A stretch of DNA of 64,000 nt from an uncultured beta proteobacterium (GTDB lineage: Bacteria > Pseudomonadota > Gammaproteobacteria > Burkholderiales > Gallionellaceae), in the NCBI GenBank assembly GCA_963735945.1, contig CAVTMV010000010.1, positions 17,559 through 81,558 on the forward strand, written 5' to 3'. Shown here in pieces: positions 21,323 through 30,941 of this stretch. The notes beneath the pieces were generated by a model. The model was given only the letters and a program-made list of their open reading frames with translations. It was not told the DNA's origin and searched no databases. A program made the translations under genes and the position numbers. How positions within the stretch are numbered: position 1 is the stretch's first letter; every line of letters begins with the position of its first letter.

Positions 21323-24118
21323 ATGTCTGCAGCGAAAAATATCCGTTTGGTTTCTTCACGTGACGAAGAAAGCCCTGTCGAATCCGAAGCGATACTCGAA
21401 TCGCGCGGACGCATAGAAGCCGAGATCGAGGCGCAACTGGCCGCGCAAGCGCGCGCCCGCGCCGAAGCCCATGCCCGAGCCATATTGCAAGGCAAGGTGC
21501 GCCAGGAGAGCGTGCTTACCGAGCAGATCGAGGCGCGTACCCGGGCCGAAGCCGGCCTGATGGAAGAAGTGCAAGCCCGTCTTGATCAGGAACGCCAATT
21601 GGCGGAAATGGTGCACTCCAAGATGGCTGGCGAAGAACGCCTGGCCAGTGCTGTAAGCGAAAAACTGGAAGCCGAAAGACAAGCCCTGGCTGAGCTTGAG
21701 CAGCGGACTGCTGCCGAGCAACGTTTGCGCAATGAACTCGAACAACAAGCGCAGATGAATCGTGAAGCAGCGCTGATCGCCCAGGAAAAAGCCCAGACAG
21801 AAGGGCTGGTGACACAGGCTGCACAGAACAAGCTCAAGGCCGAGAAAGAAGCGATGGCGTTGATCAATGCCAAGCTTGCCGCCGAAATGTCTGCGCAAGA
21901 TGCGATGAATGCGCGCGTTCGAGCCGAGATGCTGGCGCTGGCCGAGACACAATCGCGTGTTGCAGCAGAACTGGAGGCCGAGCGCGCGGCTACTGCCCGC
22001 GTTGAAGAAGAGCGAAAAATCGCCCAGGAAGCCGAGTTGCGCGCCAGGATCGAACAGCAGGCACAAGCCGAAGCTTCAGCGCGCGTTGCTGCTGAACTGA
22101 AGTCGGCAGAACATGCCAAGCAGGCACTGGAAAAGGAGCAGGACGAGCGCCTGGCAGCGGAGCGCAAACTGCAGGCTGAGCAGGAGATGTTGAGGTTGCT
22201 GGATTCGCGCGTGCAGGCCGAGCAGCTTGCCGTCAAGGAGCGCGAAGCAGCGAATGCCGTGCTGAAACAGATCGAACTGGAGGCGCGTGAACTGTTGGCA
22301 GTCGAGGAACAAGCCAAGCGTGCCGCCGAGGTCAAATTGCAGGCAGAGCGCGAGTTGATGACACTGGCACAGCAACGTGCCGAGGCGGATATGCGCGCTT
22401 CGCATGCCACCGAATTGCAAGTGCATGCCGAAACAGAAGCAATCGAGCTGGCCAACCAGCGGTACGAGATGGCCGAATGCGCCAGAAGCATCGCCGAGGG
22501 AAAAGCCGAGTTGGAGAAGCAACTGTTTGAAGCAGAGCAGGCTCAGTCCAGGGCCGATGCGCTGGCAACCCAGGAACTTCAGAAGAAGCTGGATGCCATC
22601 AATGCATCGCTGCCATTGGCAGAGCAGCGTGCCCTGCTCATGGTGGAAGCCTGTCTGGTTGAGGAAGAGAGGCTGGCAGCAGAAAGTGCTGCCGTCGCCG
22701 CATTGCAACAACGTACCGATGTCGAACGCCAGGAAGCCGCAGCATCGAGACAGCGCCAGGAGCAGGACGAAAAGGCCGCGCGTGTTGCCGAGGCCAAATT
22801 GTTGAGCGAAAACGAGGCGATCGATAAGGTCGCGGCGCGTATGGATGCGGATCTGCGCGCCATCGAGGCAGACAACGAACTGATTGCAGCCGAAACGCGC
22901 GCACAAGAAGCTGCTGCTGCGGCAGAAGCACGGACAAAAGCGATGATCACAGCCGTTGAAGCAAATGCACGGGAGGCTATTGCCGCTGCTGAAGCCCATG
23001 CACGAGAGGTTGTGACTGCTGCCGAAACACGCGCACAAGAACTCATTGCAAGCGCAGAGGCGCGAGCCAAAAAGGTCGCCGCTGCCGCCGAAGCACGTGC
23101 AAAAGAATTCGCTGCAGCCAAACAGGTGCTGTCGGAAAAGATCGTTGCCGATGCGAAACTGAAAGAAGAGATCGAGGTTCGTGCCATCAACATGGCAAAG
23201 CTGCAGGCCGAAACATTGGCGAGCGCGATCAAGTCTGAAGAAGAAGCCATGCAGGCCGAAGCGCGTGCCGTGATGCAGTCACGCCAGCGCATTGCAGCGG
23301 CCGAGGAAGCCAAGCGCCGCACGGCCGAGCGTGAGCGCAAGGAGACAGCGCAGTTCTTGCTGGATCAGCAGAAGCGGGACGCGGAAGAGCATGCTGCAGC
23401 GGAGCGGGTGGCCGAGCTGGTGCGTCAACGTGTCGCTGCCTCCAAGGAAACCAAGCGCATTATCGAGGAGCGTGAGCGTGAAGAGGCTGCACAGTTGGCA
23501 TTGGAGCAGCAGAAACTGGCACTGGAGCAGCAGAGCCTGGCCAAGCAGCAGCAGAGCAGGGAAGCTGAAGAGCGTCTGGTTGTTGCGTGCAATGAGCGTC
23601 TGGAAGCAGAACGCATGGCTATCGAGGCGACCGAAGCTCGCATTGCGGCAGAACAGCATGCGGCAGAACTGGCACGCCAACGCGATTTCGCGGAGTTGCT
23701 GGCTCAACAAGCTGCTGATGAGATGAACGAGCTGGAACAACAGACCATTGCAACGTTGACCGAGACTGCGGAGATCGAGCGTGGCATGAAAGCAGAAATT
23801 CGCGAAGAGTTGCGCAATGCCAAAGCTCAGCTGGAAACGGGAAAACTGTTGCAAAGACTGAGCAAGACGCATCGCGTCAACCGTTTCTCGCAGGTCGCCC
23901 TGGCAGCTTCGCTGCTGCTGAGTGTGGGGCTGTGGTTCGGCGGCATGGGCGGCTCTAACGTAAAGGCGGAGAGCGGCCCAGGCAAGGCGGCTGCTGTTGT
24001 TCAATCCGCTCCGGTGCAGCAGGCGAATGAACCTGCAGCGCTGGAAAATTTGAAACTGTCCGCCTATCTGGGAAGCAATTCCGCCATGCAGGGGAATCCG
24101 GCTGACAGAGAGTTTTAA
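21323..24118 (+). CDS. 931-aa Ala/Glu-rich repetitive coiled-coil protein with a C-terminal membrane anchor
   Basis: Intact ORF with GAGGTG RBS. 14-aa and 11-aa periodicity. TM VALAASLLLSVGLWFGG at about aa 858-874. Confidence 0.85.
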   Translation: MSAAKNIRLVSSRDEESPVESEAILESRGRIEAEIEAQLAAQARARAEAHARAILQGKVRQESVLTEQIEARTRAEAGLMEEVQARLDQERQLAEMVHSKMAGEERLASAVSEKLEAERQALAELEQRTAAEQRLRNELEQQAQMNREAALIAQEKAQTEGLVTQAAQNKLKAEKEAMALINAKLAAEMSAQDAMNARVRAEMLALAETQSRVAAELEAERAATARVEEERKIAQEAELRARIEQQAQAEASARVAAELKSAEHAKQALEKEQDERLAAERKLQAEQEMLRLLDSRVQAEQLAVKEREAANAVLKQIELEARELLAVEEQAKRAAEVKLQAERELMTLAQQRAEADMRASHATELQVHAETEAIELANQRYEMAECARSIAEGKAELEKQLFEAEQAQSRADALATQELQKKLDAINASLPLAEQRALLMVEACLVEEERLAAESAAVAALQQRTDVERQEAAASRQRQEQDEKAARVAEAKLLSENEAIDKVAARMDADLRAIEADNELIAAETRAQEAAAAAEARTKAMITAVEANAREAIAAAEAHAREVVTAAETRAQELIASAEARAKKVAAAAEARAKEFAAAKQVLSEKIVADAKLKEEIEVRAINMAKLQAETLASAIKSEEEAMQAEARAVMQSRQRIAAAEEAKRRTAERERKETAQFLLDQQKRDAEEHAAAERVAELVRQRVAASKETKRIIEEREREEAAQLALEQQKLALEQQSLAKQQQSREAEERLVVACNERLEAERMAIEATEARIAAEQHAAELARQRDFAELLAQQAADEMNELEQQTIATLTETAEIERGMKAEIREELRNAKAQLETGKLLQRLSKTHRVNRFSQVALAASLLLSVGLWFGGMGGSNVKAESGPGKAAAVVQSAPVQQANEPAALENLKLSAYLGSNSAMQGNPADREF
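22886..23116 (+). repeat. Seven 33-bp (11-aa) tandem repeats inside the coiled-coil gene
   Basis: AAETRAQEAAA/AAEARTKAMIT/AVEANAREAIA/AAEAHAREVVT/AAETRAQELIA/SAEARAKKVAA/AAEARAKEFAA. Confidence 0.85.
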
Positions 24119-24132
24119 CGGCTTGCTTCAGG

Positions 24133-24170
24133 AAAAAGAAAACGGGGGCCAAGTGCCCCCGTTTTCTTTT
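24133..24170. terminator. Bidirectional intrinsic terminator
   Basis: aaaaagaaaacgggggc-caagt-gcccccgttttctttt between convergent genes. Confidence 0.85.
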
Positions 24171-24188
24171 ACTGCAGGATCGTCGAGC

Positions 24189-24648
24189 CTAGAATTTAAC
24201 GACGCGGGTTACACCGTCGCTCTCGATGACGCGCACCTTGTCACCGGCCTTGATGTCTTCGTCTTTGTTCGCGGCCTGCACAACGGAGATGTAATTGCCG
24301 TCTTCCAGCTTGATCGAGTATTCAAAGCCATTTTCGCGGGTGTAAGCCTTCTTCCGCCGCTGCACCGACTACACCACCGACCACCGCCCCGAGTACGGCA
24401 GCAACCTGTCCGGTTTTGCCTTGCGCCGCGCCGCTACCGGCAATGCCGCCAACGATGGTGCCGGCAGTCGTTCCGATAGGCGTCTTGGTGCCTTCGATAC
24501 GTACCTTATGCACACTTTCGATCGTGCCGACCTTGAAATGCTGCACTTGCTGCACCTGGTCGCGGCTGTAGACGTCGCCGCCTTTTTCGCTGGCACAGCC
24601 TGCCAGGATGAGTGGTGCCGATAAAAGAAGAATGGCTATTTTGTTCAT
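24189..24648 (-). CDS. Glycine-zipper 2TM outer-membrane lipoprotein (SlyB/Pcp-like); frameshift near 24345
   Basis: Lipobox LAGC and glycine zippers GTIVGGIAG and GAVVGGVVG. The shifted frame gives ENGFEYSIKLEDG..ISVVQ...TRVVKF*. Confidence 0.85.
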
Positions 24649-26894
24649 GATGTCGTCGTTCCTTCAGAAGATGGAGTGGATTCGGAGCTGGTTACTTCGG
24701 TTTCTTTGACCTCTGGATCGGACACGGGTTCACCGGGTTTCCATTGCTTGAGCAGCAAAGCGTTGCTGACTACCGATACCGAGCTCATCGCCATGGCCCC
24801 GCCAGCGATCATCGGGTTGAGCAGCCCCATGCCGGCCAGCGGAATGCCCAGCACGTTGTAGGCGAAAGCGAAGAACAGGTTCTGGCGGATCTTGGAAAGT
24901 GTCACGTGCGACAGGTCGATGGCGTCGGCCACGCTGTTCAGGTCGTTGCGCATCAGCGTGATGTCCGCCGCTTCGATGGCGATATCGCTGCCGCTCTTCA
25001 TGGCGAAGCTGACATCGGCGGCGGCCAGCGCGGGCGCATCGTTGATGCCGTCGCCGACCATGCCGACCAGCGTCTTGGCATTCTTGAGCGAAGTGACGTA
25101 GCTGGCCTTGTCCTGCGGCGATACTTCGGCGATGAATTCATCGATGCCGGCCTGGTGCGCGATGGCTTCGGCAGTGGCGTGGTTGTCGCCACTCAGCATC
25201 ACGACACGCACCCCCATGCCGCGCAAACGTGCCACGGCAGGGCGGCTGCTGGGGCGGATATTGTCGGCAACGGCAAGATAACCGAGCAGCATCTGTCCAC
25301 GCGCGACCGCGATCACGGTCTTGCCCTGTTTCTGCAGGACTTGTATCGACGGCTCATCCTGCGCGATACCCTGCTGGGCGATGAATGCAGGCGAACCGAG
25401 CAGGTAAGGGACCCCCTCCAGCTTTGCGCGCAAGCCGCTTCCCGGCGATTCGTCGAAATCGGTCACCGGCAAGGGCATCGTCGCTTGCGACTGGGCATAC
25501 TCCATGACGGCGACCGAGAGCGGGTGCGTGGAATGCTGTGCGAGGCTGGTGGCGATCCGCAGCAGTTCACCGACGGTGCTGACCGCGCTGGGCCGCAGAT
25601 CGGTGAGGGCGGGTTTTCCTTCGGTCAGCGTGCCGGTCTTGTCCAGCACCAGCACGGAAAGTTTATGCGCACGCTCCAGAGCCGCCGCATCCTTTACCAG
25701 TATCCCTTCGCGCGCAGCCAGGCCGCTGGCAACGACAACGGTGATGGGCGTGGCGAGACCCAAAGCGCACGGGCAGGCGATCACCAGTACCGAGACGGCG
25801 GTGATGATGGCGTAGGCGAAATCTCCCTCGGTCTTCAACCAGACGAAGAAGGTGATGACGGCAAGCACCAGCACGATGGGGACAAAGATGCCGGAGATCT
25901 TGTCGGCCAGCCGCTGGATCGGGGCTTTCGAGCCTTGCGCCTGTTCCACCAGACGCACCACCGCAGCCAGTTGGGTATGACTTCCCACCGCCGTGGCTCG
26001 GCACTTGATGACCCCCTGGTGGTTGAGCGTGGCGGCATAGACCTTGTCGTTGGCCTGTTTGGATTGCGGCATGCTTTCGCCGGTGAGCATGCTTTCGTCC
26101 AGCGTGGACAAGCCTTCCAGCACTACGCCGTCCACCGGTACGTTCTCGCCGGGGCGCACGATGAAGATTTCGCCGGGGCGCAGTTGACCGACCGATACGT
26201 CCAGCACCTGGCCATCGCGCTCCGTATGCGCGATCTTTGGTTGCAGCTGGATCAGTTTCTCAATGGCACTCGATGCTTTGGCCTTTGCCCGCATTTCCAG
26301 CAGTTTGCCCATCAGCACCAGCGTGATGAGCACTGCGCTGGATTCGAAATACACGGGCTGGTGGATATCGAACAGGATGATGGCTACGCTCAGGAAATAC
26401 GCGGCACTGGTTCCCAAAGCCACCAGCAAGTCCATGTTGCCGCTGCCGTGCTTGACGCTAGCCCATGCGCCGCGATAGAAGCGAGCACCGATCCAGAATT
26501 GCACCGGTGTCGCCAGCAGCCACTGCATCCAGACGGGAATCATCACATGTACATCGAACAGCATGAGCAGCATTTCCAGCACCATCGGGGTGATCAGGGC
26601 GACGGAGATGAAGAAGCGCAGCCTTTCCTGCTGGTAAGCCTTGAGTTTGTCTGCCTTCTCGGCTGCGAAATCGCGCGTTACATGGGCATCGAAGCCGGTA
26701 TCGCGCACAGTCTTGATCAATGTATCAACGTTGATATGCGTTGGATCGAAGCTCACGCTGGCCTTTTCGGTGGCCAGGTTCACCACCGCAGTGACGTCAG
26801 GTAATTGATTCAATGCTTTTTCCAGGCGGCTGGAGCAGGAGGCGCAATGCATGCCGACGATCTGGAGGTCGGCGTGATTTTCAGCTTGAGACAT
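24645..26894 (-). CDS. copA: Cu(I)-type heavy-metal P1B ATPase
   Basis: HMA GMHCASC, TGES, ACPCALGLA, DKTGT, HP, GDGINDAP, YN and MAMSSVSV. Confidence 0.9.
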   Translation of the reverse strand: MSQAENHADLQIVGMHCASCSSRLEKALNQLPDVTAVVNLATEKASVSFDPTHINVDTLIKTVRDTGFDAHVTRDFAAEKADKLKAYQQERLRFFISVALITPMVLEMLLMLFDVHVMIPVWMQWLLATPVQFWIGARFYRGAWASVKHGSGNMDLLVALGTSAAYFLSVAIILFDIHQPVYFESSAVLITLVLMGKLLEMRAKAKASSAIEKLIQLQPKIAHTERDGQVLDVSVGQLRPGEIFIVRPGENVPVDGVVLEGLSTLDESMLTGESMPQSKQANDKVYAATLNHQGVIKCRATAVGSHTQLAAVVRLVEQAQGSKAPIQRLADKISGIFVPIVLVLAVITFFVWLKTEGDFAYAIITAVSVLVIACPCALGLATPITVVVASGLAAREGILVKDAAALERAHKLSVLVLDKTGTLTEGKPALTDLRPSAVSTVGELLRIATSLAQHSTHPLSVAVMEYAQSQATMPLPVTDFDESPGSGLRAKLEGVPYLLGSPAFIAQQGIAQDEPSIQVLQKQGKTVIAVARGQMLLGYLAVADNIRPSSRPAVARLRGMGVRVVMLSGDNHATAEAIAHQAGIDEFIAEVSPQDKASYVTSLKNAKTLVGMVGDGINDAPALAAADVSFAMKSGSDIAIEAADITLMRNDLNSVADAIDLSHVTLSKIRQNLFFAFAYNVLGIPLAGMGLLNPMIAGGAMAMSSVSVVSNALLLKQWKPGEPVSDPEVKETEVTSSESTPSSEGTTTS

Positions 26895-26968
26895 GGGGTA
26901 ATTACTCGGGGAATCGATATGCTAAAGATACGCGCGGGCGGCCCTCTTGTCCATCTTGCACGCCACAG

Positions 26969-26987
26969 ACCTTGAGCAATCCAAGGT
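26969..26987. promoter_or_regulatory. Palindrome ACCTTG-N7-CAAGGT in the copA/mtnP divergent spacer (possible operator)
   Basis: Perfect 6-bp arms. They resemble CueR/MerR operator arms but the spacer is 2 nt shorter than the E. coli CueR box. Confidence 0.3.
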
Positions 26988-27029
26988 TTCCTGTTTCAAT
27001 CCAGCCTCATTTCAAAAGCAGGGAAGAAC

Positions 27030-27906
27030 ATGGGGCAGGCAAGCATCGGCATCATCGGGGGGAGCGGTGTCTACGACATCGCCGGTCTGGAAAACAAGCG
27101 CTGGGAAAAGGTCGAGTCGCCGTTCGGCGCGCCATCGGACGAACTGCTGTTCGGCGAACTCAATGGCGTGAAACTGGCCTTCCTGCCGCGACATGGCCGC
27201 GGGCACAAGATCCCGCCGTCCGAGATCAACTTCCGCGCCAATATCGATGTACTCAAGCGCGTCGGCGTCACGCGATGTCATCTCGGTCAGCGCGGTCGGC
27301 TCCCTGCGCGAGCACCTGACCCCGGGCACCTTCGTCATCGTCGATCAATTCATCGACCGCACCTTCGCGCGCGCGAAGTCGTTCTTTGGCAGCGGCCTGG
27401 TGGCGCATGTCTCGATGGCGCATCCGGTATGCAAGCGCCTGGGCGACCACATCGAGGAAGCGGCGAAAGAAGCCGGCATCAACGCGCTGCGCGGCGGCAC
27501 CTATCTGGTGATGGAAGGCCCGCAGTTCTCCAGCCTCGCCGAATCCGAACTGTACCGTCAGTGGGGCTGCGACGTGATCGGCATGACCAACATGCCCGAA
27601 GCCAAGCTCGCTCGCGAGGCCGAGCTGTGCTACGCCACCGTGGCGATGGTCACCGACTACGACTGTTGGCATCCCGACCATGATGCGGTGACGGTGGAGC
27701 AGATCGTCAAGGTGCTGCTGGCGAATGCCGACAAGGCCAAGACGCTGGTGAAGCACGTCGTGCCGAAAGTCGGCGGCGATGCCAAGGCCTGCGATTGCGG
27801 CTGCCGCACTGCGTTGCAATACGCGCTCATCACCGCACCCGAAGCGCGCGACGAGCAGATGAAGCAGAAGCTGCAGGCCGTAGCCGGACGGGTGCTGAAA
27901 GGCTGA
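27030..27906 (+). CDS. mtnP: S-methyl-5'-thioadenosine phosphorylase; frameshift near 27272
   Basis: IGIIGGSG, FLPRHGRGH, NFRANI, MEGPQFSS.AES, GMTNMPEAKLAREAE, VTDYDCWH. Confidence 0.93.
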
Positions 27907-27908
27907 TC

Positions 27909-28548
27909 ATGACTGAATACGACTCTCGCCAGCAGCTCCTCGACATCTCGCACCGTCTGGTCGAGCTTGGCCTCAATCGCGGCACGGCAGGCAATGCCTC
28001 GGTGCGTTATGCCGATGGCCTGCTCATCACGCCTTCCGCCTTGCCCGTATCGGAGATGACTTCCGAAAGCATGGTGTATATGGATCTGGACGGTAACGTG
28101 CTGCAAGGCGGCAAGCCATCCAGCGAATGGCGCTTCCACCGCGATATCCTGGCCGCCCGTCCCGAGATCGGTGCGGTCATCCACACCCATGCCACTTTTG
28201 CCACCACCATCGCCTGCCTGCGAAAAGACGTCCCCCCAGTACATTACATGATCGCCATGGCGGGTGGAGACAACATCCGTTGCACCCCTTACACCGTGTT
28301 CGGCGAGCAGACGCTTTCCGATCATGCGCTGGAAGCGTTGCGCGACCGCAAGGCCTGTCTGCTCGGCAACCACGGCATGATCGCGCTGGGCGCGGACCTG
28401 GCCGATGCGCTTGGCCGTCGCGGTGGAAGTCGAGTTCGTCTGTGAGATCTATTGGCGCACGCTGCAGGCCGGCGAGCCGCAGATACTCACTGCGCAGCAG
28501 ATGCACGATGTGAAACAGAAGTTTGTGGAGTACAAAAAACGTAGCTAG
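27909..28548 (+). CDS. Class II aldolase (FucA-like; Ald2-type methylthioribulose-1-P / 5-deoxyribulose-1-P aldolase by context); frameshift near 28410
   Basis: GTAGNAS.R, LITPS, KPSSEWRFH, HTH, VHYMIA.AGG and LLGNHG. Located between mtnP and mtnA. Confidence 0.85.
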
Positions 28549-28557
28549 AAAAACATC

Positions 28558-28637
28558 CCGTTCGTGGTGAGCTTGTCGAACCATGAACGGACAATGGTTC
28601 GCCTCCATTCATCCTTCGACAAGCTCAGGACGAACGG
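28558..28637. repeat. REP-like inverted-repeat element
   Basis: ccgttcgtggtgagcttgtcgaa (28558-28580) pairs with ttcgacaagctcaggacgaacgg (28615-28637). Confidence 0.75.
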
Positions 28638-28658
28638 AATTTTAAACAGGAAACAGGT

Positions 28659-29186
28659 ATGCCCATCAAATCGAAAGTCCGCACCGTCCCGCATTACCCC
28701 AAACAAGGCATCATGTTCCGCGACATCACCACAGTTCTCAAAGACCCCGCCGGCCTGCGCGCCACCATCGACGAACTGGTGGCCCGATACAAAGACGTGA
28801 AGATCGACAAGATCGCCGGCATCGAATCGCGCGGCTTCATCATCGGCACGCCGCTGGCCTATGCGCTCGGCGTCGGCTTCGTGCCCATCCGCAAGAAGGG
28901 CAAACTGCCCGCCGAAACCATCGGCCACGACTATGCGCTCGAATACGGCACTGACCGCATCGAGATTCACACTGATGCGATTTCCAAAGGCGAAAAGGTG
29001 CTGCTGGTGGACGACCTTATCGCCACCGGCGGTACGGCCGAGGCCGCCGTCATCCTCATCGAGAAGATGGGAGGCAAGATCATCGAATGCTGCTTCATGA
29101 TCGACCTGCCGGACATCGGTGGACGTGCGCGGCTGGAGAAGCGCGGGCACAAGGTGTTTTCGCTGTGCGAGTTTGAGGGGGATTGA
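28659..29186 (+). CDS. apt: Adenine phosphoribosyltransferase
   Basis: [43 protein letters not shown]. Confidence 0.96.
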   Translation: MPIKSKVRTVPHYPKQGIMFRDITTVLKDPAGLRATIDELVARYKDVKIDKIAGIESRGFIIGTPLAYALGVGFVPIRKKGKLPAETIGHDYALEYGTDRIEIHTDAISKGEKVLLVDDLIATGGTAEAAVILIEKMGGKIIECCFMIDLPDIGGRARLEKRGHKVFSLCEFEGD

Positions 29187-30232
29187 TGATGAAAGTCGAA
29201 ACCCTACGCTGGTTCAACAACCGGCTGGAAATGATAGATCAGCGCATTCTGCCTGCCGCCTTTGAATATTTGAGTTACTACTCGGCTGCTTCGGTGGCGG
29301 AGGGCATCCGCAGCATGGTGGTGCGCGGCGCGCCAGCCATTGGCGTGGCGGCGGCTTATGGCGTGGCGCTGGAGGCGTTGCGTTTGCAGGACTCAAGTCT
29401 GGCGGATGATTTCAAGGACGGTATGGAAACCGGCTTTACCGTGCTGGCTGCCAGCCGCCCGACGGCGGTGAACTTATTCTGGGCGTTGCAGCGCATGCGT
29501 AAAGTGTGGGAGGGCGTTGCGGCACAAACGCCGCAGCAGGTCGCGCAGCGCTTGCTGGCCGAAGCGCACGAGATTCTGGCCGAGGACATCCGCATCAACA
29601 AGGCGATGGGCGCGAACGGTGCGGTCTTGCTGAAGGACGGGGCGCGGGTGCTGACGCATTGCAATGCCGGCGCGCTGGCGACGGCGGGCTGGGGCACGGC
29701 GTTGGGGGTGTTCCGTTCGGCGGTGGAGGCGGGCAAGAAGATCTCGGTGATCGCCGACGAGACGCGGCCTTTCCTGCAGGGGGCGCGGCTGACGGCGTGG
29801 GAGATGGTGCAGGAGAACATCCCGGTGACGCTGATCACCGACAACATGGCCGGTTACATGATGGCGCACGGTGAGGTGGATGCCGTGGTGGTGGGCACGG
29901 ATCGCGTGGCGGCCAACGGCGACGTGGCGAACAAGATTGGCACCTACATGGTGGCGGTGCTGGCGAAGCGCCACAACATCCCGTTCTATGTGGCGTGTCC
30001 TCTTTCGACCATCGACATGAACATTGCTACGGGTGCGGACATTCCCATCGAGGAGCGCTCGGTGGACGAGGTGAAAGGTTTCCGCGACAACCATTGGGCG
30101 GCTGCGGGGGTGAAGATACGCAACCCGGCCTTTGATGTGACGCCGGCTGAACTGGTGACGGGGCTGATCACCGAAAAAGGCGTGGTGTTGAATCTGGATG
30201 TGCAAGGCATACGGAAGTTGATGCAGCAGTAG
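29183..30232 (+). CDS. mtnA: Methylthioribose-1-phosphate isomerase
   Basis: [59 protein letters not shown]. Confidence 0.96.
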   Translation: MMMKVETLRWFNNRLEMIDQRILPAAFEYLSYYSAASVAEGIRSMVVRGAPAIGVAAAYGVALEALRLQDSSLADDFKDGMETGFTVLAASRPTAVNLFWALQRMRKVWEGVAAQTPQQVAQRLLAEAHEILAEDIRINKAMGANGAVLLKDGARVLTHCNAGALATAGWGTALGVFRSAVEAGKKISVIADETRPFLQGARLTAWEMVQENIPVTLITDNMAGYMMAHGEVDAVVVGTDRVAANGDVANKIGTYMVAVLAKRHNIPFYVACPLSTIDMNIATGADIPIEERSVDEVKGFRDNHWAAAGVKIRNPAFDVTPAELVTGLITEKGVVLNLDVQGIRKLMQQ

Positions 30233-30245
30233 TTTTAAGGAGGGT

Positions 30246-30384
30246 TCCCCCATCCCCACCCTTCCCCCGGTGGGATAACCAGCGACTTGCCCGCTTGCGG
30301 GCTTAGTCGAATGGCTAGTAGTTCTACCAGAAGGGCTTAACCTCCCTCTCCTCGCGGGGGAGGGAATGAGGGTGGGGGGGGGGC
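30246..30384. repeat. C-rich/G-rich REP-like palindromic element with nested hairpins
   Basis: ccccatccccacccttccccc ... gggggagggaatgagggtgggggg flanking an inner cgacttgcccgc-tt-gcgggcttagtcg hairpin. Confidence 0.55.
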
Positions 30385-30430
30385 TTTTCCGAGTTTTCCT
30401 TAAATACCTGTTTCCCTTAAGCTAACCTTT

Positions 30431-30480
30431 TGGTACAATCCGCGCCGTTTTCAGATGGGCTTCAGGCCCGTTTTTTATTT
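30431..30480 (+). promoter_or_regulatory. rimP-nusA-infB promoter (extended -10) and leader hairpin
   Basis: TGGTACAAT followed by a GC-rich stretch, then atgggc-ttcag-gcccg-tttttt, as commonly found ahead of rimP. Confidence 0.55.
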
Positions 30481-30492
30481 GTGGGTACGAAT

Positions 30493-30918
30493 ATGGATGT
30501 GGCGAAGCTGGTAGAGACGACGCTGGCCGGTATGGGTTACGAGCTGGTTGACCTGGAAATGTCCGGTCGCGGGCTGATGCGCGTGTTCATGGACAAGCCT
30601 GATGGTATCTCGGTGGAAGATTGCGAGCGGGTGAGCAACCAACTGGTGCGCCTGTTCACGGTGGAAGGGGTGGCGTACGAACGCCTCGAGGTTTCTTCGC
30701 CGGGGCTGGACAGGGTACTCAAGAAGGAAGCCGATTTTGTGCGGTTTGCCGGGCAGAAGGCGCAGCTCAAGGTGCGCGTGCCGATGGCGGGCCGCAAGAA
30801 CTTCGTCGGCATGATAGGCGAAGTGAAAGACGGGATTTTGCAGTTGGATGTGGATGGCAGCCTGGTTGCAATCGAGCTGTCGAATATAGATAAGGCACGT
30901 TTGGTGCCGGTGTTTTAA
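30493..30918 (+). CDS. rimP: Ribosome maturation factor RimP
   Basis: [33 protein letters not shown]. Confidence 0.95.
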   Translation: MDVAKLVETTLAGMGYELVDLEMSGRGLMRVFMDKPDGISVEDCERVSNQLVRLFTVEGVAYERLEVSSPGLDRVLKKEADFVRFAGQKAQLKVRVPMAGRKNFVGMIGEVKDGILQLDVDGSLVAIELSNIDKARLVPVF

Positions 30919-30941
30919 CTTAGTGCTCGTTGGAGACGGTT

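Noticed and set aside
22886-23116. 33-bp periodic repeats as a CRISPR array
   Set aside because: They are degenerate in-frame coding repeats with no spacers, and no cas genes are present.
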